From positions 44,802 through 85,268 of the forward strand of contig JBHLOC010000021.1 of the NCBI GenBank assembly GCA_048940925.1: DNA of 40,467 nucleotides, written 5' to 3'. The notes below the pieces were generated by a model that saw nothing but the letters and a program-made list of their open reading frames with translations, ran no database searches and was not told the DNA's origin. The stretch is from Promethearchaeota archaeon (GTDB lineage: Archaea; Asgardarchaeota; Lokiarchaeia; Sigyniarchaeales; SOKP01). The translations under genes and the position numbers were made by a program. Below, piece by piece: positions 10,349 through 20,658 of the stretch. Position 1 is the stretch's first letter. The number at the start of each line of letters is the position of its first letter.

Positions 10349-11353
10349 ATGGTTTCTGTATTAATAACTGGTGGCACAGGATTTATTGGTATACCATTGG
10401 TAAAAAGACTTCATGAATTAGGCCATAAGTTAACATTACTCGTTAGAGAGACAAGTGATATTACTCCTTTTGAAGATTTAAATAATATTGAGTTTGTTAT
10501 AGGTGATATTAGAGATAACGATAGTTTAAACATTGCTGTAAACGGAATTGATATAATTTTTCATCTCGCGGCTTATACCGGAATATGGGCAAAAAATAAT
10601 TCTATTTATTTCGATGTCAATGTAAAAGGAACTGAAAATGTGGCTAAAATTGCCCTTGAAAAAAACCTTAAATTATTTTATGTCAGTTCATTCACAGCAA
10701 TAGGTCCTACTCCTCCAGAACCTGTAGATGAAACATATGAAAATGCGCATTTTTCTATGGAATATGAGAGGTCTAAATTTCAAGCAAAAAGATTAGTAAA
10801 AGAACTTATACCTAAAGGACTCAAAGTAACAATTTTTTATCCCGGGATTGTATATGGTCCAGGAGATTTTAATATATTTGGAAGGATGCTTTTTGATGTT
10901 ATGAGGGGAAAAATTCTTCCCTTAGGGGTTTGTCCTGGAAAGGGAGAATCAATCGCTTGTTTTTCATATGTTTATGATTTAATAGATATTTTAGTGAGTA
11001 TAATCAACAGAGAAGATTTTTTTGGAGACGATTTCATTCTTGGAGGAGAAAACGTCAAATTTAGAGAATATCTAGATCTTATCGCTGAAATTGGAAGAAA
11101 CAAAAAAGCGAAAAAGCTTCCATTCTGGGTTACTATGGTTTATGCCTGGTTATTAGAAGTAAAAGCTTTTTTCAATAAAAAAGTGCCATATTTGACACGA
11201 CCTACACTTAGAGCACTTAAATATCATAGAGCCTATTCTTCAAAAAAAGCCATTGAAAAACTGGGCTATAGAATTACTCCATTAAGAGAGGGATTGAAAA
11301 AAACAATTGATTGGTATATAAATTTTAATGAAAAAGAAAAAAATAAGAGCTAG
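10349..11353 (+). CDS. Extended SDR, NAD-dependent epimerase/dehydratase (HpnA/DFR/3-beta-HSD-like)
   Basis: VLITGGTGFIG, IFHLAA, VNVKGTEN, YERSK (YxxxK), VYGPGD. ATG at 10349 preferred; alternative at 10334. Confidence 0.92.
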   Translation: MVSVLITGGTGFIGIPLVKRLHELGHKLTLLVRETSDITPFEDLNNIEFVIGDIRDNDSLNIAVNGIDIIFHLAAYTGIWAKNNSIYFDVNVKGTENVAKIALEKNLKLFYVSSFTAIGPTPPEPVDETYENAHFSMEYERSKFQAKRLVKELIPKGLKVTIFYPGIVYGPGDFNIFGRMLFDVMRGKILPLGVCPGKGESIACFSYVYDLIDILVSIINREDFFGDDFILGGENVKFREYLDLIAEIGRNKKAKKLPFWVTMVYAWLLEVKAFFNKKVPYLTRPTLRALKYHRAYSSKKAIEKLGYRITPLREGLKKTIDWYINFNEKEKNKS

Positions 11354-11364
11354 ATATTTAAAAA

Positions 11365-11844
11365 ATGGTGGAAGAAAAATTAACATCTCGAATTATCGAT
11401 GTAAAGGCTTATAAAACAGAAATAACAAGGAAATACACCAAATTTTTATCAAAATATCCTGAAATTTTTTCTGATTTAATATCAGGATCAAATTTTGATT
11501 TTGCAATTTACGATTCAATTGAAGATTATGATGATCATTCTCCTATAGACATTTTTAATGTTTTTCGTAATACACAAGGAATTGAAATTAAACCTGGAAA
11601 AGCACATGATTCTGATTTGGAATTAGCGCTTTCGACGGAAGCAGTTAAAAAATTAATACAGACAAACACGAAAAAGGAATACGCAGAACTTCTTGGATCT
11701 TTTTACAACAATCCTGATGAAAAAAAGGGATGGATTGATTTTGAATTACATAAAAGAACACAAACACTAATTAATATGGGTTATGGTAAATTCGCGCGAT
11801 CAGCGGGAATTCTATCCGATGAAGATGATATATATAGTCTTTAA
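11365..11844 (+). CDS. Hypothetical protein, possible SCP2-like fold; paralog of 13413..13820
   Basis: 159-aa ORF 11 bp after the SDR; shares DL.L...., EY and L..MGY.K(F/W) blocks with 13413..13820. Confidence 0.75.
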   Translation: MVEEKLTSRIIDVKAYKTEITRKYTKFLSKYPEIFSDLISGSNFDFAIYDSIEDYDDHSPIDIFNVFRNTQGIEIKPGKAHDSDLELALSTEAVKKLIQTNTKKEYAELLGSFYNNPDEKKGWIDFELHKRTQTLINMGYGKFARSAGILSDEDDIYSL

Positions 11845-11906
11845 GATTATTTTTTTGAAAAAATTCGTTTTAACACAATGTTAATATATAAGGGTAAGTA
11901 GAGAAA

Positions 11907-13400
11907 ATGTCAAAAGTAAAAGAATTACAAATTAAAAATAAATACAATGGTGAAGTTATAGACACCGTACCTGCCGATACACCAGAAACAGTTCGAGAAA
12001 AAATAAAGAAAGTCCATAAACATCACTACCTTTTAAAAAAAATGGATTTTTTTGAACGTGCGCAAATTCTATCAAAGTATTCAGGAAAAGTGCGTTTTAA
12101 AAAAAATAAATTAAAAGATTTAATCGTTGCGGAAGGAGGGCTCCCAATCAAATATTCTGAATGGGAACTAAGTATTGTGCTAAATGGCTTTCGCTTTTGT
12201 GATTGGTATTATCAATTCTTAGAAGAAAAATCATTAACAAGTATAGAAGGGGAGCAACTAGTCAGAATAAGATATATTCCACACGGGTTAGCTGCATGTC
12301 TTTCTCCTAGAAATACACCCATAAGTCTCCCTCTTTATCAATTGGGAGCTAATTATTTAGTTGGAAATCCAGCTATTATGAAACCTTCTACGGCTTGTCC
12401 ATTAACTATGCTAGAGGCGTTTTCTATGATGGGAGAAATGAACTTACCAGCTCTTGAAGCCTTAGATTTGGTCATAGCTCCTGGAGAATGGGCGGTGGAT
12501 GAATTTCTTCAATCTCCGCTAGTAAAAACTTTGATGACGATTACATCCTCTCATACGGCAAAGGATATCCTAGTGCGTTATGGTAAATTCTTGAAAAAAA
12601 CAATTGATAGATCTATGGGAGTTGCTATGTATACTCAACCATTTAAAAATTTCTTTTTCGAATGTGCTGGAAATGATGCCGGAATAGTAATGGATGATGT
12701 AAATTTAGAACAAGTTGCTCAATGGAATGCAATGGCAAGTTATACTAATTCAGGGCAACAGTGTTTTTCTATGAAGCGAATTATAGTCCACCGAGATATA
12801 TACGATGAATATATAGAATATTTAATTAAAGAAATTGAAAAGTTAAAATATGGAGATCCTACAGACCCAGATGTAGATATTGGTCCTTTAGGAAGTAGAA
12901 GAATATTGATGATGATGGAAGTAATGGTGGAAGATGTTAAGAAATACGGAGCTAAAATCTATACAGGTGCTGAAAAAATTGATACTGGTGAGGATTATGG
13001 ATTGTTTTATAAGCCAACTTTAGCGGAAATCAAACCTGAATTATGCGAAGACCTCACAAAAGCTCCTTTTTTATGGCGAGAAGAAGCTTTCGGTCCAGTT
13101 CGCTCTGTTACTAAAGCTAATGACATGAAGGACGCAATAAGGTTAGCAAATGCAAGTAACTATGGTATGAGGGCTGTAGTTTATACAACTAATTTGAATA
13201 ATATTGAGATTTTTAAGAACGAATTAGAAGCTGCGAATATTTACATTAATGCAAGACCTATGCTCGTTGACATTACAGTTTCCTTAGGTGGAATTAAAGA
13301 CTCTGCGTATCCCGCAGGATGTAAATATTACCCTCAGGAACTGGTTTATGGAAAGTATATTTATGATGGAACGCCATTGAATTTAGAAAAAATAAAGTAA
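11907..13400 (+). CDS. Aldehyde dehydrogenase family protein with atypical motifs
   Basis: PRNTP (PWNFP equivalent), MKPS, FECAGND (catalytic Glu), NSGQQC (catalytic Cys), EEAFGPV, NASNYGM. Confidence 0.93.
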   Translation: MSKVKELQIKNKYNGEVIDTVPADTPETVREKIKKVHKHHYLLKKMDFFERAQILSKYSGKVRFKKNKLKDLIVAEGGLPIKYSEWELSIVLNGFRFCDWYYQFLEEKSLTSIEGEQLVRIRYIPHGLAACLSPRNTPISLPLYQLGANYLVGNPAIMKPSTACPLTMLEAFSMMGEMNLPALEALDLVIAPGEWAVDEFLQSPLVKTLMTITSSHTAKDILVRYGKFLKKTIDRSMGVAMYTQPFKNFFFECAGNDAGIVMDDVNLEQVAQWNAMASYTNSGQQCFSMKRIIVHRDIYDEYIEYLIKEIEKLKYGDPTDPDVDIGPLGSRRILMMMEVMVEDVKKYGAKIYTGAEKIDTGEDYGLFYKPTLAEIKPELCEDLTKAPFLWREEAFGPVRSVTKANDMKDAIRLANASNYGMRAVVYTTNLNNIEIFKNELEAANIYINARPMLVDITVSLGGIKDSAYPAGCKYYPQELVYGKYIYDGTPLNLEKIK

Positions 13401-13412
13401 ACTCCACATACG

Positions 13413-13820
13413 ATGGAAGCAGAAGAACTATACAAAAAATTAAAAACCTATTTTTCTTTTAATTATGATTTAATGAGGCATCTTAATATAAACGCGTGTT
13501 GGGAGTATTATATTACAGAAAACACTACTAATGAACTAAATTTCAAGTTGCACTACTATTTATATAAAAAAAAAGATAAAAATTTAGAAATGACAAAAAT
13601 TAATCCGAATATTAAACCAGATTTGATATTATATTTCACTGAAAATGCAATTTTAAATCTAATTAAAGGGAATCCAAGTGCAGATGAGTATTATTATCGC
13701 TACCGAGAAATGATGAGAAATACTAAACCTGGAATTAAAGTGGATAATAAAGTGAATAAACCTCGATTGAAACTTTGGCAAATGGGTTATAAAAAGTGGC
13801 AATCTGAATTCAAATTTTAA
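13413..13820 (+). CDS. Hypothetical protein, possible SCP2-like fold; paralog of 11365..11844
   Basis: 135-aa ORF 12 bp after the ALDH; PDLILYFTENAILNLI and KLWQMGYKKW. Confidence 0.75.
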   Translation: MEAEELYKKLKTYFSFNYDLMRHLNINACWEYYITENTTNELNFKLHYYLYKKKDKNLEMTKINPNIKPDLILYFTENAILNLIKGNPSADEYYYRYREMMRNTKPGIKVDNKVNKPRLKLWQMGYKKWQSEFKF

Positions 13821-13841
13821 AATAAATGAATGGTTTGATTT

Positions 13842-15488
13842 TTAAAAAAACTTGATAAGAGACTCCAAATAATCTTTTGGTCTTTCATATCCTAATAAAT
13901 TTAATAATGTTGCAGCAATATTTCCTAAAGCAGGATCTTTAATCTCATCATTAATTATGTATTCGTTATTATAACATGAGTCTATAATTGCGAACATTAC
14001 AGGATTTAGAGTATGTGCTGTCTTGGATTTCATCATTTCATCCAGATTTCCATGATCAGCTGTTAAAACAGTAACACCATTAAAAGATGCAACAGTATCA
14101 ACGATTTCTTTTACACATTCGTCAACAGTTTCAGCAGCAATCATCGCAGCACTTTTAGCACCTGTATGTCCAACCATATCACCATTTGCAAAATTAACTC
14201 TTAAAAATTTATATTTATTAGAAATAATCGCTTTGATAAGTTCGTCTCTTACTTCATATGCTTTCATTTTGGGATGACTTTTAATTGTTTCGGAGGGATC
14301 TGATTTAATTTCTACACAATCCTCGCCCACTATTTTCATATCTCTATTTCCTCGCCAAAAGTAAGTTACATGACCATATTTATGGGTTTCAGCAATAGCA
14401 TATTGTTTTACACCTTCAGTAGATAAGTAATCGGAGATTGTATTATGAATTTTTGGAGGATCTATAAAATAATTCTTTGGAATATTTAATTTATCATCAT
14501 ATTGTAGTAATCCATAATATTGAACATCAGGATAGTAATTTCGCTCAAATTCACTAAAGTTTTCCTCGTCAAATGCTCTTGAAATCTGAATTGCGCGATC
14601 TCCCCGAAAATTAAAATAAATAACAGCATCATCATGTACCATTTTACCAATTGGAGTTTCTTTCTCATCCACAACAACAAAAGAAGGAAGATATTGATCT
14701 GTAATATCTGGCTGTAGATTTCTTGCTTGAATTACAGCATCTTGAGCAGATCTAAAATATCCTTTATACGATGGAAATTGCTCAGGAATTCCCTCAACAT
14801 GAGCTTCCCAACCTCTTTTTACAACATCCCAATCAGAATTATATCTATCCATGGTCACTCGCATTCTTCCTCCCCCTGAGGCGATTCTATAATCATATCC
14901 GCCATCTTCATTTATATTACTTAATTCTTGTTCTAATTCATCTATATATAACAAAGCTGATTGAGGTGGTACATCTCGACCATCTAATAATGCATGAATT
15001 CTTACTTTTTTAACATTTGAATCTTTAGCACCCCTAATTAATCCAATTAAATGAGAAATGTGGCTATGTACATAACCATCTGATAATAATCCTATAAAAT
15101 GGAGTGTTTTTCCATTTGTAATGATCCTCTTAATAAGATTTTGCCATTTTTGCATTTTGAATAATTCTTTAGATTGAATTGCTTCTTTCGCTAATAATGC
15201 CCTTTGTTTGACAATATTGCCTGCACCGATAGCATTATGCCCTACTTCACTATTTCCCATTTCCTTATCGGAAGGTAAACCGACAGAAGTTCCATGAGCT
15301 TTTAATTCTGTATACAATCTTAATTTAGGACATTCCTTTTGTAATTTATCTATGAATGGAGTATCTGCTAAATAGAAAGCATTGCTTTCATCTTGCCTTC
15401 CAAGCCCAATTCCATCCATTATTATTAAAACAAGAGGCCCTTCCCTTCCAGAGAATGTTTTTAATTTTTTAAGGTGAATATCTTGCAT
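13842..15488 (-). CDS. gpmI: 2,3-bisphosphoglycerate-independent phosphoglycerate mutase
   Basis: IMDGIG, MGNSEVGH, LLSDGYVHSH, DGRDVPP, NFRGDRA, NFANGDMVGHTG, TADHGN, TAHTLNPV. Confidence 0.97.
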   Translation of the reverse strand: MQDIHLKKLKTFSGREGPLVLIIMDGIGLGRQDESNAFYLADTPFIDKLQKECPKLRLYTELKAHGTSVGLPSDKEMGNSEVGHNAIGAGNIVKQRALLAKEAIQSKELFKMQKWQNLIKRIITNGKTLHFIGLLSDGYVHSHISHLIGLIRGAKDSNVKKVRIHALLDGRDVPPQSALLYIDELEQELSNINEDGGYDYRIASGGGRMRVTMDRYNSDWDVVKRGWEAHVEGIPEQFPSYKGYFRSAQDAVIQARNLQPDITDQYLPSFVVVDEKETPIGKMVHDDAVIYFNFRGDRAIQISRAFDEENFSEFERNYYPDVQYYGLLQYDDKLNIPKNYFIDPPKIHNTISDYLSTEGVKQYAIAETHKYGHVTYFWRGNRDMKIVGEDCVEIKSDPSETIKSHPKMKAYEVRDELIKAIISNKYKFLRVNFANGDMVGHTGAKSAAMIAAETVDECVKEIVDTVASFNGVTVLTADHGNLDEMMKSKTAHTLNPVMFAIIDSCYNNEYIINDEIKDPALGNIAATLLNLLGYERPKDYLESLIKFF

Positions 15489-15686
15489 TTATTCTGTACT
15501 CTTAGATACTATTCTTTTACCAAATATGATATATTATTTTTACCTTAATTATATATTTCTTAGAAGAGATAATCATTTTATTTATATAAGATCTTTTCAG
15601 ATTTTATTATAATAAAACAAAATATTCCTTTGAAAACGTCTTTATATTGTGATTACTATATTAACTAGTACCTAATTGATATATTC

Positions 15687-17126
15687 GTGATAATTATGAA
15701 AGATGAAGATATTTGTTATATGCCTGCTGTTAGCATACGTGATGGATTGTTAAATGGAGATTTTACCTCGCAAGAGATTACTGAACTATTTATAAATCGA
15801 ATTGAGAAAATAAATCCTCTAGTAAATGCGTACTGCACACCTACTTTCGAAATAGCTCGGGAAATGGCTAAAAAAGCTGACATAGCCTTCAAGAAAGGTG
15901 AAAAAGTAGGGAATTTAAATGGAATCCCCATAAGTATAAAAGATTTAATACAAACCAAGGGGATCTTAACAACTTATGGTTCTAGGTTGTATGAGAATTT
16001 TATTCCGGAGCAAGATGATGTAGCGGTTCAAAGATTAAAAAATGCAGGATGTGTAATTCTGGGTAAAACAAATACACCTGATTTTGGACATATTGCTCTT
16101 ACTAATAATCTAATTTTTGGACAAACTAAAAATCCTTGGGATTTGGAGAAAAATTCTGGGGGCTCCAGTGGGGGAGCTGCATCAGCAGTGGCATCTGGAA
16201 TTAGTCCATTAGCTTTGGGTTCTGATGGAGGTGGCTCAATTAGAGTTCCAAGCAGTTGCTGTGGCGTTTATGGATTAAAAACTACATTTGGCCGCATCCC
16301 AAGTTATCCTCGTGAGGGAATAGCATTCTGGAATATGGATCATTATGGACCAATTGTTAGGATTGTTGAAGATGCTGCTTTAATGTTGAATGTTATGAAA
16401 GGTCCGCATCCTTTGGATCATAATACTTTCCCAGATGATGGCACGGATTACTTAGAATCTCTCAAAGTAATACCTAAAGCCGTAAAAATTGGCTATTCCA
16501 TGGATTTAGGATATGTTAAAATCATTCATGAGGAAGTTGAAAAAGCTGTTATCGAAAGTGTTCAAAAATTTGAAAATTTTGATTGGAATGTCGAAAATAT
16601 AAAAATTAAAGTAAGAAAACCAGAAAGTGCTTTCGGTGTACTAGCTAGATTAGGATATACCTATGACCATAAAAATGATTTAAATAAGCGTCCTGAAGAT
16701 CTTAGTCCTGATTTAATTCAAATAATAGAAGCAGGCTTAACATTAACTGGACTCGATGTGATAAAAGCAATAGCACAACGTCATGCGATCTATGAAACAT
16801 TTCATCGATATTTCTTAGATTATGATATATTAATTACTCCAACACTACCACACCCGTCCTTTAAAATTGAAATGGGAAAGCGAGGAACGATATTCCCAAG
16901 TGTAAAGGGAAAACCATTAAGTATAACAAGTTGGATGTGCTTTACCTATCCATTTAATCTTACGGGTTTACCTGCGGCCTCAATTCCCTGTGGATGGACA
17001 AATGATGGATTACCTATAGGAATGCAAATTATTGGTCGTCGTTATGATGAGAAAACCGTTTTACAAGTTTCTAAAGCTTTTGAAGAAATATCTCCATGGC
17101 AAGACAAACTACCAATATTAAAATAA
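15687..17126 (+). CDS. Amidase signature family enzyme
   Basis: ISIKD, GKTNTPDF, GGSSGGAA, LGSDGGGSIRVPSS (Ser-cisSer-Lys triad). Start may be the ATG at 15696. Confidence 0.93.
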   Translation: MIIMKDEDICYMPAVSIRDGLLNGDFTSQEITELFINRIEKINPLVNAYCTPTFEIAREMAKKADIAFKKGEKVGNLNGIPISIKDLIQTKGILTTYGSRLYENFIPEQDDVAVQRLKNAGCVILGKTNTPDFGHIALTNNLIFGQTKNPWDLEKNSGGSSGGAASAVASGISPLALGSDGGGSIRVPSSCCGVYGLKTTFGRIPSYPREGIAFWNMDHYGPIVRIVEDAALMLNVMKGPHPLDHNTFPDDGTDYLESLKVIPKAVKIGYSMDLGYVKIIHEEVEKAVIESVQKFENFDWNVENIKIKVRKPESAFGVLARLGYTYDHKNDLNKRPEDLSPDLIQIIEAGLTLTGLDVIKAIAQRHAIYETFHRYFLDYDILITPTLPHPSFKIEMGKRGTIFPSVKGKPLSITSWMCFTYPFNLTGLPAASIPCGWTNDGLPIGMQIIGRRYDEKTVLQVSKAFEEISPWQDKLPILK

Positions 17127-17157
17127 AATCTTTTTCCTTTTTTAATAAGTTACTGAA

Positions 17158-18246
17158 TTAAAATGATTTCATATTAGAAGTAGTTATATAAGAAGAATCT
17201 CCAATTGTTATACTTTTTTTAATCAGATCTTCTAAGACAGAATAATCTCCAATAATACTCTCAGAAGATATAATTTTTGTTAAATAAACACCATCCCCAA
17301 TAACAGAATCAGAAAGAATACATTTTTCCAAAACTGCATCATCTCCAATGGATACATTTGGACCAATAACGGAATCTGATATCCTCGTGTTGTTACCTAT
17401 AATTACAGGGGGGACTATTTTTGAATCCACAATTGCGCCAGTTTGGAATAATTTTTCATATGTAGGGTCTTGAATTTTTGTTTCAGCTAATAATAAGCGA
17501 TTTCCTTCAATTAAACTTTCAGGTCTCCCAAAATCTAATATATTTCGTTCCATTTCATTAATTTTGAGCTTAAACCCTTCTTCGATAAGCTGTTGGATAA
17601 CTGGTGTTAAGTGATGTTCCTGACCATTTTCTAAAGGGATTTTACTTTGTTCTTCTAATAATTCAAATAAACGTGAAGTTATGCTCATTCCTAATAAATA
17701 TGCTCCAGATACAGCATAATTAGATTTAGGTTTTTCAGGTTTTTCAACGATACTTCTAATAATTCCTTCGTTATTCACTTCAATAACCCCATAGAATTTC
17801 GGGTTATCAACTTGTTTAACATTTATTACTCCATCACATATATCTTGGTGGAAATTGAGTAGAATCCGTGAATAATCTTCCATAGGGAGCCTATCACTTA
17901 AAAGTATGAAACAATCATCATTTTCGGCAAATTTTCTCGCTAAAAGAATCGCATCACCTAAACCTGAAAAATATGGCGTTTCGGCACTATATCCCATCGG
18001 TTTTTGTGTTATAAACTCAATATTAAAATAATCAGAATAGTTCTTTGTGAGATATTCAGTTATTTGTCTTTTTTTGTATCCAACAATAAAACAAATATTT
18101 GTATCTTTAGGAAATGTACTTTTCAATTTTATTAAAATATGATCTATCAACCGTTTTCCAGCGATCTTTAGAAAAGCTTTGGGCTTGGAATATGTGAAAG
18201 GTTGTAATCTCTTACCAACCCCCGCAATAGGACAAATTAACCACAT
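17158..18246 (-). CDS. Sugar-phosphate nucleotidyltransferase with C-terminal left-handed beta-helix
   Basis: AGVGKRLQPFTYSKPK, GLGDAI, YGV, VEKP, DFGRPESL, hexapeptide repeats. Confidence 0.92.
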   Translation of the reverse strand: MWLICPIAGVGKRLQPFTYSKPKAFLKIAGKRLIDHILIKLKSTFPKDTNICFIVGYKKRQITEYLTKNYSDYFNIEFITQKPMGYSAETPYFSGLGDAILLARKFAENDDCFILLSDRLPMEDYSRILLNFHQDICDGVINVKQVDNPKFYGVIEVNNEGIIRSIVEKPEKPKSNYAVSGAYLLGMSITSRLFELLEEQSKIPLENGQEHHLTPVIQQLIEEGFKLKINEMERNILDFGRPESLIEGNRLLLAETKIQDPTYEKLFQTGAIVDSKIVPPVIIGNNTRISDSVIGPNVSIGDDAVLEKCILSDSVIGDGVYLTKIISSESIIGDYSVLEDLIKKSITIGDSSYITTSNMKSF

Positions 18247-18362
18247 TTTTGAGAATCTTTTTATGAAATTGACGAATTTTTAATGTTGAAAAATATAAAA
18301 ATGGATAGAATAAAAAATATATTAATCTTTTCTTGAGAACTTAAGATATTCCATAATTAATT

Positions 18363-18905
18363 TTATAACTTTAGTAATTTATCTAAAATTTCGTAGTATT
18401 TTGCTTCTTGTAACTTCTCTTGGATTACATTTTTTAATTTTCTTAAATAGTAATTATCTGAATTGGTTCGCTTGGTGCCATAAATCTTCTTGTTAATAGC
18501 TATTCTTGTTTTTTCATCTAAAAATTCAGGTGAAATCTTTTTGTAGTTTTCTATTAGTTTCTTTTTTCCCTCTTTATCATTAGATTTATTCTCAAAATCA
18601 GCTTCATATTGGATTCTTGAGTATAAATTAGTTATCCATGTCATAATCCTATCTAAATCTCCCTTCAAATATGTTCTTTGATTTAACCAGTTTTTAAATT
18701 CAATTATTTGATTTAGAAACTCATTATTTTCAGGCGTAATATTTGATTTTTGGTTTTCTTTCTGAACCATATTTCTAATTTTCTTTTTTTTTAGTTCTTT
18801 AACTTCATCCTCAGAAAGGCTCTTAAACGCTTTTTCTCTTTTAATTCTTTCTTCTTTTGATCCTTTTTCATTAAGCCATTTATCAATTGACATACTAATT
18901 CTCAC
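18363..18905 (-). CDS. Hypothetical basic helical protein
   Basis: 180-aa K/E-rich ORF filling the intergenic space; probable start at ATG 18893 (MSIDKWL). Confidence 0.75.
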   Translation of the reverse strand: MRISMSIDKWLNEKGSKEERIKREKAFKSLSEDEVKELKKKKIRNMVQKENQKSNITPENNEFLNQIIEFKNWLNQRTYLKGDLDRIMTWITNLYSRIQYEADFENKSNDKEGKKKLIENYKKISPEFLDEKTRIAINKKIYGTKRTNSDNYYLRKLKNVIQEKLQEAKYYEILDKLLKL

Positions 18906-19032
18906 TAATATTAAATATCCAAGTTAATAATTTGTTTTTTATTAAGTATTTAACACAAATGAAAGTTCTTCTAGCTTGATTTTATTTTAGTTAAATTAAA
19001 ATTGAGAATCGGTTTTTAATATTAATAACAAA

Positions 19033-19803
19033 ATGACGATTAAAGCAATTATTTTTGACTTTGGTTTTACCTTGTTCCATTTTGATAATCCTTCCGTAGA
19101 GAGATATTATGAGTGTTTCAAAAAAGGATTATTAAAATCAATTGATATTTTAAAAGAACACCACGTTTGGAACGACAATTTATCGAACGAATCTTTCATT
19201 AAGAAATTTTCAAAAAAAAGAGAACATTTTTTTAGGAAAAGTATTAAAACTAAAACGGAATTTCCTACATCTCTGGTGTTCCAAAGTGTTTTAGAATTAC
19301 TTAAAGAAGAAAATATTGTTAATAGCATAGAACATTTAAAAGAGAAAACTTATAAAGAATTAGCGGAAATCTATCATTCTTGTGAAGAAGAAGAATGGGT
19401 ACCCTTTGAAAATACTAGAAAAACATTAGAAAAATTAGTAGAAAAGAATTTAAAAGTAGCATTAATCTCAAATCATCCTAATCATAAAACTATAGAAAAT
19501 ATCTTAAAAAGGCATGATTTGTATAAATTTTTTAATTATATAACTACATCTGCAAAATTTGGGAAAAGAAAACCAGATCCCAATATCTTTCTTTATACTC
19601 TAGAAAAAATAGGATTGAAGGATCAACCAGGCTCTGTTATTATGTGTGGAGATGAATATGCAGATATTATTGGTGCTCAAAGAGCTAATCTACAAACAAT
19701 TTTATATGAAAGAAGATATAAATTCCCATTTGAAAAAGAACTCAATGTTCCAGATCTAATAAAAATTAGAGATATTTCAGAAATTATAAACTATATTGGT
19801 TGA
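19033..19803 (+). CDS. HAD-superfamily hydrolase (subfamily IA)
   Basis: IIFDFGFTL, ISN, RKPDPNIF, CGDEYADIIGA. Confidence 0.92.
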   Translation: MTIKAIIFDFGFTLFHFDNPSVERYYECFKKGLLKSIDILKEHHVWNDNLSNESFIKKFSKKREHFFRKSIKTKTEFPTSLVFQSVLELLKEENIVNSIEHLKEKTYKELAEIYHSCEEEEWVPFENTRKTLEKLVEKNLKVALISNHPNHKTIENILKRHDLYKFFNYITTSAKFGKRKPDPNIFLYTLEKIGLKDQPGSVIMCGDEYADIIGAQRANLQTILYERRYKFPFEKELNVPDLIKIRDISEIINYIG

Positions 19804-19858
19804 TCTTCATACATTTTAAGGATTGAGTAATTTGTAAATGATATTTTCCTATTTAATG

Positions 19859-20584
19859 TTATGAATATGTTTTTCTTTTATACTTAAATATATCTTCAAT
19901 AGTAATACCATAGGATAATAACTCTCTTTCTATAATCGGTTTCTTTAATGTCCATTTGAATGGTTTTACAATTTCCCGTAAAAATTTATGAACATTATCT
20001 TTAGCTTCAGTTCTAGTGGAATAACCAATGTAAGGAGTGCCATATTTGGATCTACCCTCATATTTATAAATTTTAGATGTAAAAATTCCTAAACTACTAC
20101 TCAATTTTTTAAAATCTTTTACAAGAATCTTTGAACCATTAGTAAAATTTAACCCAAGTGAGATATAATTTTTCTTTTTATATCTACTCAGAAAAATTGA
20201 TCCATCTGTATCAAATAGACCTTTAATACAGGCTGAAATAATACTATTTTTTGAACAATTTTTTATCCATTCAGGTACACCAACCTGATTTTTTATTTTA
20301 TTTCCTGGAACTACTCCAACATCAACTAATGATTCTACTATTTTTTTTTGAAATATGCGAAGAACAGCGCAATTATCTTTTCTCTTTGTTTGTAACGAAG
20401 GTACAATATTGAATATTGATTCGATTAAACTCTTCACATAAAATAAATACTCTTTTTCATCCATATAATTAAACGCAATTTCACATGAATAATGAGATGA
20501 ATCATAATCCAATTGTATTGAACCATCACCTAAGATAATTCCTATTAATTCAGCGATTTTTTTATTTTTTGTAAGCTTCATCAC
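19859..20584 (-). CDS. Free-standing two-motif LAGLIDADG endonuclease-like protein
   Basis: AELIGIILGDGSI and CIKGLFDTDGSI, with both motif-terminal Asp residues kept; GNK...VPEWI and LNFTNGS..L patterns; no intein termini. Confidence 0.9.
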   Translation of the reverse strand: MMKLTKNKKIAELIGIILGDGSIQLDYDSSHYSCEIAFNYMDEKEYLFYVKSLIESIFNIVPSLQTKRKDNCAVLRIFQKKIVESLVDVGVVPGNKIKNQVGVPEWIKNCSKNSIISACIKGLFDTDGSIFLSRYKKKNYISLGLNFTNGSKILVKDFKKLSSSLGIFTSKIYKYEGRSKYGTPYIGYSTRTEAKDNVHKFLREIVKPFKWTLKKPIIERELLSYGITIEDIFKYKRKTYS

Positions 20585-20658
20585 AAATTATTAAAATCAA
20601 TTTCACTTTTTAATATAAAGACACTTAATGATTTAGGATTTTTGAATATTCAATATTG

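Noticed and set aside
15687-17126. gatA assignment
   Set aside because: Only the generic amidase signature is present, with no gatB or gatC neighbours.
19859-20584. LAGLIDADG ORF as an intein or as part of a tRNA/rRNA intron
   Set aside because: No C/S...HN splicing termini or host extein; tRNA-Arg is complete without it; no rRNA sequence nearby.
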